Below are positions 48,981 through 60,900 of a stretch of DNA of 64,000 nt, piece after piece. The first letter of the stretch is position 1. Each line of letters starts with the position of its first letter. The translations under genes were made by a program, and so were the position numbers. This DNA is from Phoronis australis (lineage: Eukaryota; Animalia; Phoronida). Where the stretch lies: contig NMRA01000513.1 in assembly GCA_002633005.1 (NCBI GenBank), forward strand, positions 124,001 to 188,000. The letters run 5' to 3'. The notes beneath the pieces were generated by a model. The model was not told the DNA's origin. It was given only the letters and a program-made list of their open reading frames with translations, and made no database searches.

Positions 48981-51900
48981 GTACGTAGTCGTATCTGTAA
49001 CACACATGTTGCTTACGTCATCGCCATATCGCGCAAGTCAACATAACGTGCAGAACAATATTGTAGTTTGTACTGGAACTGCACACCTTATATTGCACTA
49101 TTAATTAGAATGGCTTACAACTCTTGCCAAACAGTGAATATGAAATGTGACTCGTATGCATCTGCCGATCTGGTCTTGTGCATTGGAAAAACATGTTTTG
49201 GAACAGTAGTTATAGTCAATCCACCTCAGTCTGCAATAAAGTCAACAAGTAAAGCCATTTTCTTCACTCCTCTCTCCACACAACATCACAGTAGCAGTGG
49301 TGGATTTAAGGGGGGGGCAAGGTGGTCGTGCCCCCCCCCCCCCCCCCNAAATTCTCCCAGATTCTATTTATCAGTACGGGGGTGCGAATGTCTGACAAGC
49401 AAAATCCTGGCTATTACTCTGCCCTGGCCCTCTCTAACTCAAAATCCTGGATCCGCCCCAGAGTATCCATTGTATATCACTATCACTAACAGTTTATTGT
49501 ATGTGCTTTTGAATCATGTGAGCCTCTGTTAGCTACTTGCTATAGGGCAATTGCTTAATATTAGCTGAATGGTTAGCACTCTTGCTGGTTTTATGGGGGT
49601 CGCTGATTGATTCCTGGATCGGGTAAAAATCAGGCTAAGGTTGAAAGTACGAAAATATGTCGAAAGGCGGACTTCCATGGTTTTGTTGTGAAGAGTGACT
49701 TCCGATCGTGACCATAGGTACAGTCGGATAAAGCCTCTCTAAGCCACTTGCCAAGCGGCAATTGTCTCTTGGCGTAATGGTTTAGATGCTTGGCTGTCGC
49801 TCGTGCAACCTGTGTTCAAGCCTCGTAGGAGACGGAAATTTTCTACATTGGCGCCCAACTAAGGAAAAATCCACGACTAACCCTGAGATGTAGTGGCAGA
49901 TGGAGAAAGTGAAACTGGTGGATTCAGATTACAAAGAGAGCGTTGCTGAGGTTGAATTCCAGGACGCTAGGGTGTTGCTGAGATCTAAAAGCCAGCAGGC
50001 ATGCCTGTTCCGCGGAAGGGAGAGTAGTGTTGTGAAGTGTGACTTCCGGTCGTGACGACACGTACAGTCAGATAAAGCCTCTCTAAGCCGCCAAGTGGTT
50101 TAGATGTTTGACTGTCGCTCGTGCGACCCTGGGGTTATAGTCGGAAATAACGTGTACATACTTTGAGAACCAGTTTGATGCCCATTATTCAATGGAAAAA
50201 ACTTGTTCTTAAATTAAGGGTACATTGTATCCGACCATTACCGGCCCCTAGTGCACTGTATGATAAAATGCTAACATCATGCATGTTATTTCCAGCGGAG
50301 TACATTTCTGACGACTCTCAGTCTGCCCATGGGAGTGCTCAGCCAGATGCGGTAAGTCATTACGTGGATCGATGTCGTGTTGGTGTTTTCTTGGGATATT
50401 AATGTAAAATTTGCTGTCAATGTTATTTCATTATTGAAAGATAAATCATTGTCATTGTGGCTGTTAGAGATTTTTTCTTGAAGTGACTTTGGGTCCCATA
50501 GCGATCTTTTGAAAAGGAGGCGGGGCTCTCAGTTCTCATTCTTGCTGGAGGCTCTGTTTGGAAATCACTGGTATCATCGAGAGTACGTTTTGTTTGGAGG
50601 CATACATTGTTACAGCTTGGAAAGATGTTTAGAAATATTTCGAAATTGAATGCCGCTAAAATATTACTGTTTTTTCTGCCCAATTATTCTTTTCAGTGTC
50701 ACCAGTAATCTTCATTGCTTCATCTCTGCTATTTTTTACATGATTGACACATTTTGTGTCGTTTGTTATATACATTTTGCTATTGTTTCATTTTGATGTT
50801 AGTTTAAATTTTATAACATGGTTTTCATATCCTTCTGCTTTAGTTTATTATGAAACGACACAGTGACTATTTGATTTAAGCTTTCAGTCATTCTTTTGTT
50901 TTACTTTAAGTGTCTAATTCTATAAGCAGTTTTGCTTTTTCTTAGACCTGCGAAAAGCTTTCAACATCACGGTCTGAAACCCTATAAGCACCTTTACAAT
51001 GTTCATAGTCCTGTGAAAAGCTTTTTCCTAAAACTTCTTGGTTTTGATAATAGTTTCAAATCATAGATGTTTGTCCTGAGATTGAATTCCTAACAGACTG
51101 GTTTAATATCGAAATGTTCTTTACCCAGTCACGCCAAGCGTCAGTTCCCTTGAGGCTAACTTTCCAGGGACAGTTGGATGTCGATGATGACACGTGCCTC
51201 CAACTGAATCGTTCTTACCAAGCGGTGATCATGCAGAGTCAACGCTGCATTGAGTTAGTCATCGCACAGAATAGAGAGAGACAGGTATGCTGGTTCACTT
51301 GAAGGGACATGTGCACGCTTTTACAGGGTTTGTTTAAGATGCTCTTTTCACCAGAGTTTAGGGTCCTAAATAAGCTTCATTATTTGAATGTGAACATTTG
51401 CAGTCTCGTTCGTCTATTTGGAAAAATTTTCTGGACTTCAAATATGTTGTTCATAATATTAAAATCTCATCAATGGGAGACTTTCAGGAAGCAAAGCGGT
51501 TGATCACGTGGGTCCAGTGACTCATATTGCCATCAAGAAAAGACCCTTTTACAGTCTGTGTGAACAGACGTGATGGGATTTAAATAAAAGTTATCAAAGG
51601 GCTCTTCGTCCTCTAGAAGCCATTGGTATCTGGTGCCGCGTAATTAGTCGCACCGTCTGTATTTGAAAGTCTAGTATCACAGACACCACATGCCAGAACA
51701 AGTGAATTATGATACTTTTCTCATCTTTTCGTGAGGCATATAAGTAGTATCGAATAAGTGTTTATTTAGTTCTAGAATTCGTGAAATGATACTTAGTAAC
51801 ACACCTTTATGGATTATTTTGGGGAATTGTGTTTTATCACAACAATCATGTTAGAAACCTTTGGAAAATGAAAACAAGATTTGGCCGATTTTGGCAATTG

Positions 51901-54900
51901 TTTTTGGTGGAAATGGTTGAGACTTTATCATATATGGTAAACACTTATTTTAAGCATAAAATGTTTTAAGAACACACCTTTGACCACGAAGCATTTATTG
52001 TCCTGCTTTCTGTTTCTTTCCTGAAAATCAAATATATTGTGTGGTATTTTTTAATTGCTCACATTTTCAAAAAAATTAAATCCACCTGAAAATCATTGCA
52101 TTTCAAATCACAGCTTTTCAAACATTGCTTTCCTGCCCGTATAAGGTGTTAAGGAAAAACGCGTAACCTAGGCTGAGACTGATGCCGGTGGGCCTAAACA
52201 CAGGTCTGAAAATTAGTAGTGATAGAGACTGAAGGTGACAATGTTTTTTGGTCTTGTTTTTGATTTAGGCAACGATTTTTGGCCGTTTATCAGATATTGT
52301 CAATGTTTTTGGCCTTACCACAGATTAACGGCATTGGTTTTGCCCTTATCTCAGCTATTGGCATTGCTTTTTGGTCTTGTCTCTGATACTAGCATATTGT
52401 TTTTTAGCCTTGTCTGGGATATTGTAATAATTATTTTTTGGCTTTATTTCACATTATTATTGACGTTTCTTTTGGCCTTATCTCAGTATGAGTCTAAGCG
52501 CTTGGTAACCGTGATTGTACTTTTCAGAGTGAGCTTGAAGAGGAACTTCAGTCAAAGGTGGACAGGTCATCTGAATCTCGTCCGCGTAAGCCAGTCACAA
52601 TTTATTCTGTGCCGTACTTCAAGGACGTTAACCAGGTGGTAAGTGTTAGAGATCACATTAATCGTGCACGAGGATATTTGCAATTTTCTTCCCCTGAAAT
52701 TTTGATGTTTTTGATGTTTTTGAAATTCAGTTTTGCTCGTGTCTGACTTTCCGCTGTCTTGAATGTCTCACCAAGGAGACAGAGCCACGTCTGTCACAGA
52801 TAATGAATCCAGTCAATAATTAGGTTCTAGGTGGTTGTTACAGGCCAGCTGCCTCTGATGGTGCTTGAAATCAGGCATCCTGAACAGTTGAGATCAGTCA
52901 CCTATGAATTGAGCTCGCGGTCCTGTAAACTCTGGTCACTGACTCACAGAGACTTCCCACAATCATTTTGTTTTCAAAGAAGTTCATTAACCAGCCTCGT
53001 ATTTAATTTTGTGTCATTTAGAAACTTATGATCTCACTAGTATGGAAATCAGTTTTCAATGTGATAATTATCGCCCAACACTGTTTTTGTTCTTTTAGTC
53101 AGTTGGCAAAATGTTTCCACCAGGGTATACAGTACCAAACAAAAGTAACCAGACTCAATACTGTTTCCCTATCATGACGGCTAATAAAAAGTTTACTACA
53201 AAAATGACTGGTAGATAGCAACAAAATTCCATATTTCTCCCTTTCCTTAAATCACCACCATGACGGAAGGCTACATCTGCGTTGAATTCAGCGTCGGCTC
53301 TGCCGATATGACTGGGAATTCTGCGCCATTTTGTCTAATACTTCGGCCTGTAATGCTTGCTCATACTGCTATTTTTCAGTCACCTCCAGACAATGACGAC
53401 GTCAAAAGAAAGAAAGAGGCAGGAGAGGTCAATACCAATAGCAAAGTTTTGGAGCGAGCGTGTAAGTTTGCTTGAGTTAGACTATTGTCTAGGAGCTAAC
53501 ATTTCACTAGGTGGCGCTACTGAAATATAACTGTTACAGTTCTGTCTTTGCGAGCATTTGGGCACACCCTTGTGTTGATGTATTTCAGTAATAAAAAAAA
53601 TATTTTTGTTGTCTTAAGCACCACCTAGTGAATGCCGAGTACATGGTTTTCCCTGATGTGAGTGCAAAGTTTAGCAGTAAGGGTGTATTCATATCCGACG
53701 CTACATGGACTCTTGTTTTTTTTGTCAAAACTGTCAAAATTAAGGAGATGTAAATCCTAATTTACAGGTGAGTGCAAATATGTGAATATAGTCTAATGTG
53801 TGCATTACATTTTTTGAAAGAAGAAACTTAGGCTGTTGTATTTGATGGCATTAACTTTTATTTACGTCAATTTGTTTTTCTGAGGGTCACATGGGTGATG
53901 TCTCGGTAGTAAAATTTCGCAAAAAATATCAACCATTCATTGCCAAACAATGACATCATTAACATATTTTAACCAAATTTCATTTAATATAGATGCCCAA
54001 GCTGAGAACTCAAAAACCCTATTATAGCTTTTCTACAATATATCTCCATTTTAGATTTGTTTTATGGAATTTTTCACAAATTATGTAAGTAATATTTTTG
54101 ATAGGCCCTTGAGCAACAGTGAAGCAGTTTTTGTGCCAGCATTTTGGAGAACAGTACGTCGCAAGATTTCATAGCACAAAAAGTCAGCCATTTCTGAAAT
54201 ATTACATTCCGAAGTTAGCCAAGTTTAAGTATTTTTCTAGGGTTCTGCGTATTAGCCTTCATGAGATGTTTGACCGAAGTGGGCGCGATTTTGAAAGCTA
54301 TAAAGATGGTGCGCGACTTGTACAGAATTCATGTGCAGTACAGCCGGAAGGCATGTCGGATATGCCATCTGAAAAAATTCACACAAGAATGCTCATCAGA
54401 TTTTTAATCTGGCTTCGTTTGCTTCCCGAATCAGAAAGCTGATATACCGCGAGAAGACTACATTCCAATGACAAAAATTTGGGTACAAGTCAGCCCATGA
54501 AGATCAACTATAATACCATTTGATATGTAAACGGTTTTATAATTTAACTTCATTACAGAATCACAGAATGATGCTTTTTCCCTTTGATTTTTTCGTCTTC
54601 TATTAGAGCGTCTTGTTCTTACTTGCTTTGGTGTGCTGTTATAAAGTGCTTGCTTTGATCACGACTTTGGTTATGGTGGACATGGGGGGTTATGGCTTCT
54701 ACAGCCTGTAATTGGTCAGATTATGAACAGAAACATCTGAGGTCTGAATATAAAGTGATATTCTATGGCTAGCTGGTCAACATCTCCTCATACCGAAACC
54801 TCACAGAACAATTATAGCCAATCAGCATGAAATTGTAAAGTGGTGTTCCAAGCTAGCTGGTCAACATCACCTCATAATGAAAGTTATCAGACTACCAATC

Positions 54901-57900
54901 AGAGAACAGACTGAAATACCTGTGGTCCCGTAATAATAACACAATGGTCAAGGTGATGTAGCCAGCTCTAACAAATGATTGGCTGTTAGTAGAAGGTCAT
55001 GACTTTCTCAGTGGGCTACTCATGGCTGACTGTACCTATGGAGTCCAGATTCAACATTTGGTGATAATTTTGAAAATTTTACGAGTTATAGCTCAAGCAG
55101 CTCTCAAGTTCTAAGGTGTTACCATTGGCAACTAACTTACAGATGATTAGATGAGTGCTCCATGCAGTATATTTCTGACTCACTAATCTGGTTGTCAAGG
55201 CAATTTGTCAGGATGACGACAGGCACTAGCGTTTTGGGTTATCGAGGGGATATGAGCAGAGGACTGGCATTTGTGAATCGTGCCCCAGTTTGTTTGTGTT
55301 TTTATCGTAGTTGCCTGTAAGATGTTCTCCACCAGCAAATGTAGGTGATAACAGTTCTTAACTTGATCCTGGTTCTACACATTGTAAGAATCACGTCCTC
55401 AGATGATGGCCAACCTGCCTGGGATGCACAATAGGACAAATGGTTTGTCAATGAATGTAACTCGATCTCCTCCCATCTGGTTTTGTGCAAAGAAGTTTTT
55501 GACACAGCTTCAACATTGTTGAACAGGGTACGGCGCAGACAAGATCGCATTGAAAAAAGCAGTGAGAGAAGACTCTATGAAAAGGAAGATGCAGCCCTTG
55601 TTGAGCAGGTGAGAGGGCAGTCAGGGGAGGTAACTACAAGGTTAGGGTTTTGCACAGGAAAAACAACTAGGCTGACGGGAGATAGCAAGAGGGCGGGAGG
55701 TGAAGAATATGCGCAGGGGAGATAACATGCTAGGTAGGACATGAAGAATGGGCAATGAAAAAGAAAGGATGAGGTGTTAACAGGGGACACAGACTTGAGA
55801 TGGGAGCAGGATAGAAAGGTGACCCAGCCACTTGTAAAATACTTGTGGCAAGAAATGATTGTTCCTGCAACAGAAATGTTTACGTATTAGTACTTTTACA
55901 ATGATTTCTTCTAGGGATGGCCGTTTTGTTGGTGTTCAGAGGGTATCAAAATAAATTGGACAGCATCAAAATTGAACATAGTCTCAACCCGCAAGGACAC
56001 AATTAATCTATTTCTTTTCAATCAGAATTTGTTTCAATTTGGACTAAATACAACAAAAAAGAAGACTTATTGTTGCTGAATAATTCATCGAAATCACGAC
56101 AAGTTTGTACCTTGCAAGTGAATGCCAATTTAACAGCAATCGGGCTATAACTTCTCGACAAAAATGTTATTTTAGTTTGACAATTGTTTGACTTGACTGC
56201 CTAATAGTCATCCCAGGAAGTTTGTCCAAGTTTGGCAGTCTGATGGAATCCTGTCGAAGTCTACTTAGTTTATTTTGCAGATTATGGTGTTAGCGTGAAA
56301 CAACCAATGAGGGTAGACAGAAATGAAAGAGCTGTCAAATATNGCGGGAGGTGAAGAATATGCGCAGGGGAGATAACATGCTAGGTAGGACATGAAGAAT
56401 GGGCAATGAAAAAGAAAGGATGAGGTGTTAACAGGGGACACAGACTTGAGATGGGAGCAGGATAGAAAGGTGACCCAGCCACTTGTAAAATACTTGTGGC
56501 AAGAAATGATTGTTCCTGCAACAGAAATGTTTACGTATTAGTACTTTTACAATGATTTCTTCTAGGGATGGCCGTTTTGTTGGTGTTCAGAGGGTATCAA
56601 AATAAATTGGACAGCATCAAAATTGAACATAGTCTCAACCCGCTAGGACACAATTAATCTATTTCTTTTCAATCAGAATTTGTTTCAATTTGGACTAAAT
56701 ACAACAAAAAAGAAGACTTAGTGTTGCTGAATAATTCATCGAAGTCACGACAACTTTGTACCTTGCAAGTGAATGCCAATTTAACAGCGATCGGGCTATA
56801 ACTTCTCGACAAAAATGTTATTTTAATTTGACAATTGTTTGACTTGACTGCCTAATAGTCGTCCCAGGAAGTTTGTCCAAGTTTGGCAGTCTGATGGAAT
56901 CCTGTCGAAGTCTACTTAGTTTATTTTGCAGATTATGGTGTTAGCGTGAAACAACCAATGAGGGTAGACAGAAATGAAAGAGCTGTCAAATATCTCAATT
57001 ATTGTGTACATTTCAGAAAAGAGGTTCTTTGTGAAAGGTTAAAGCGAGTAGAAGACGGTCCCGAGAAAGATGAGCTGGAAATGCGAATAAAGAACACCAG
57101 CAGAGAAATTGAACACACCAAGTAAGTCAACGTAGACTCACCTTGGTGGAAATGAGGAAGTGGTTATGTGTTAGTTCTTAATGTTTGTTATGTGTTAGTT
57201 CTTAATTTATGTAGTGTACATTTATGCGTAGTCCCAATCCATGTGACTGTTGCATTATGGGCAGGGCTATTAAAATCTCATTGGGGGTAATAAAAACGAA
57301 TTATTTTCATGGCCAGGACAAAAAAACCCTGTGGTAAGCTTTGTTTACTTACTCAGACTGAGATCATTGTGTGACTGAGAGCAGGGTTCACAAAGAACTA
57401 CTTTCACTGATCTTGCATGTCAATTTGTTACAGAGTTCATTAGGTACTACATCATCATTTCTCAACCAGAAATTTCAATGCATTTTGCAGTTACTTATTT
57501 CTAGTTTTTACAACTGTTTTCTTTTTTATTAATATGTTCTGTGAAAAATAAGTTTCATTATCTTAATCCTATGTCTTACTATTCGTTACTTGTATTTTAA
57601 TTTAAAAAAACACTGTTTCGTCTTGACGAAGATGTTACCTGCCCCTTTCGGACAGATTTTGCTACTGAATCATTCTCGCCGGTTCCATGCGTGCCGCTAG
57701 GTGGTAGCCAGCATACAGGTAGCAGGCAGTAGCATGCACTTTATCATTGGTTGATGTAACCTCGGCAGTCATTGGTTAGCTTTTACAACAAAGTGAGAAA
57801 ATGGCAGACTATGGACGATTTTTAGCCTTGTCATGCAAGTGATGTAGCAGGAACTATTTCGTTTCTGCAGTAGGTCTAATGTTTAATAGCGGCGCGCTTG

Positions 57901-60900
57901 AAGCACAGACATGTGCAATAAACATGCCCTCATCTAGACAATTTAACTAGTGTGTTATTCATACTCATGAATACAGGACAGCAACGTATACTAAACAAAA
58001 GTCAGTGACAGTAGAAAGATGCACTCCGAAAAGGCGCAACCAAGATTTTATGGGATTCACATTTCTTGAACATGAATTTTAAGCTCTGATTTGTCTGTGC
58101 AACAGACCACATTCACTTCCTCCATCAGTCATGCCAGTTTATTTGCATATGAGAATTCGACCATCCAATCAGAAACACTGGTGTAAACAATTTCCCCAAG
58201 GAAAATTAAGTGATACCTGCGTGCTGGCTACCACCTAGCAGCATACAGGGAACCAGCGAGCTGAATTATTTCAGTGTCCATTTTTGGCATGGACTTCTCA
58301 ATTTGTCTAACCACGGTCATTGTAATATAGTGAATTGAGTGACTGACATTTATTTTGGACGGAGGGATGTGACTATTTTGGTCCGGCCGAGTGGTAATTT
58401 TAGTTGTCTTTTCCTTTTGAATGTTTGCAAACTTTGGCTGGTGTGATTTTGTTACTGCGAGTGCGATATACCTAATTTGTACAGTTCTGTGCTGTGCTGC
58501 CACCTTAAGTGACAATTTGTTGGTATCCATTTTAGCGTACACCTCTCTGTTAGCCAAATTGTTTGGAATTGATTTTGGCTGGTGTTTTTTAGAGATTGTG
58601 TACCTAATGTTGTTTTTGGAAAGATTTAAGTACTGCTGCGTCCTTTAATGGCCATGTGATGGTCGCAACTTGAATTATGTTTGGTATTTACGATGCACAT
58701 GGTAGGCACATAAAATTATAAAAAAACAACACTCTGCATTGCTCTTGTTAAACTTACTGCTGGAATGTTCATGCTTTTCCAAAGTCATGATAATAAATTT
58801 TGTATTTTTCACTCTCTGGATTTGAATCTTGTGATAAGGAATTTATTTGATAAAATCTGATTCTTTCTGATGGTCTGGTTGTGGAATTGTACCAATTTCT
58901 TGCTTTTTTGCAGACAGTTGCCCGACTTTGACCTCTTTGGCCAGATTGAAGACAGTGACAAGGTGGACTGGCTCAAGATCGCTGCAATAGACGTAAGTGG
59001 TGCAGAACTCTGCCAAACCTGATCGAATTTCTGGTCATGAACGTGTGGCAGACGAATTTAGTCAAACGTTTGTCACGTGACTGTAAAATAGCATTTTTGT
59101 TAAACTTTTGACGGAGATTAATGTTATTGTGCCTAGCTGTTAATTTTGTATTTAGGTAACGGTCTTGTGCAGAAAGTTGTCACAATTTTGGCATTGTGAA
59201 TGGAGCAACAGATGTTGAGATTTTGTCGATCTGTAACGGTTCAAACGGATATTAGTCGAAAAGCAATGGTCCGGGATTTTTAGTCGTTGAATTTCAACGC
59301 CAATCAAATTTGAAAACTATGTTAGATTGAGGGACTTGAGGGCTCATTTTTAGAAAAACGTGGGTGTCGGTGAATTAACCCACAGGGCCCTAAGTCTATG
59401 GGTCAGTTTGGAGGACCCGTGATATGATAGTTTTTACCTTCCAGTTTTGATGGGCCCGTCAGCCAGAGTCAAGCAATTGCAGTGTGTCAGTGAAATTATT
59501 TTTGCACTAATGATGCAGAGCATGCACCTAAAATTTTCCCTGAAGTACCTCAAGTTTTGGAATAAAACAAATTTGAGTGCAAATTGTGGTTGTCTTCCTA
59601 TAATCGTCAGCTCAGCACTGCATGGGGTTATGTGACACCAATCTACTTGCAACATCAGATGTATAGACCTTATTCACCCAGTCTCCATTTTAAAAGTGAG
59701 CTTCTTTTTAGGTTTAAAAACTTGCATTTGAGACACAAATGTAACGAGGCATGCAAAACAATCACGCTTTGCGCTGTGTTTAAGTGCAGAATGCATCGCT
59801 TTTAAAACCTAAAGAGAGGCTCACTTTTAAAACCTAAAGAGAGGCTCAGTTTTAAAACCTAAAGAGAGGCTCACTTTTAAAACCTAAAGAGAGGCTCACT
59901 TTTAAAACCTAAAGAGAGGCTCACTTTTAAAACCTAAAGAGAGGCTCACTTTTAAAATAGCGACTGTGTGAATAACGTGTGCATTAACGTTTTCAGATCA
60001 ATGGTCGCCACTCGGCCATCAACTGTGAGTTATACTGGCGTCACATCCTTCACCCTTTGGTCAACAACAGATTCTGGACTAAGGAAGAAGATGGCCTGTT
60101 GTGGCGGCTAGTCCATGGTCAGACAGTGGTCGACTGGCAATGGGTCAGCAAGAGGCTGAAGGTGATTGGCTGATTTTCATTTTTGACTGAAAATTCTTCG
60201 TTAAGGCGTATCTAATGGACCTGCCTTCCGGTTTAGTCTCGTTATCACTTTAGAATTTTCTCACGTGAAATTAGAGGTGATTTCTGGGTTGGAAAAGACT
60301 CATTCGTTATTGATTGAGACGAGGCTCTACAGGTGGGGTCGTCAGGTCGCGTCATTGTATGCACCAACCGTGGTCTCTAACATTTAGTAACCGACAGGTG
60401 TCTCCAAGTCCAGAAACTAACCGTTGTTATCTCTGTTAGGACTAATGTGAGATCGGTGTTACGACGGTTAATACGATAATTCTAAGTCGAAAGTTCATTT
60501 CTTTGGTGGAATATTACGGACTTGTAGCCACTTTGAATGTCACGGTATTCCAATTATCTGGCAAAAATTATGAAGAAAAGTGACCAGGAAGTCTAGGTCA
60601 TGAGGACTGGACTCGAACAAAATGGCAGTAATTCTTCTCATATTTCACTCAAAAGTAGTTCCCAAAGTAGTTCCCAAAGTAGTTCCCAAAGTAGTTCCCA
60701 AAGTAGTTCCCAAAGTAGTTCCCAAAGNCCAGGATTTTGAAAATAGGGTGTCCAAAATGGGGTTCCCAATATTCCAGGGCGTCCATGATTCTGACGCGTA
60801 ACTCCCCACCCCCAGCAATACCTCCAAACACACAGATTTTTTTACAAAAAAATGCATAGATCAAGGTTTTTACATCTACGTTTATAAAACAGCCTTCTGT

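Noticed and set aside
48652-49005. 117-aa minus-strand ORF
   Set aside because: Antisense to SNAPC4 exon 1.
55693-56993. Intronic segmental duplication as a biological event
   Set aside because: Junction coincides with an N and divergence is allele-like; most likely an assembly overlap.
59801-59957. CRISPR-like array of 25-bp repeats
   Set aside because: Contiguous units with no spacers, no cas genes, and located in a eukaryotic intron.
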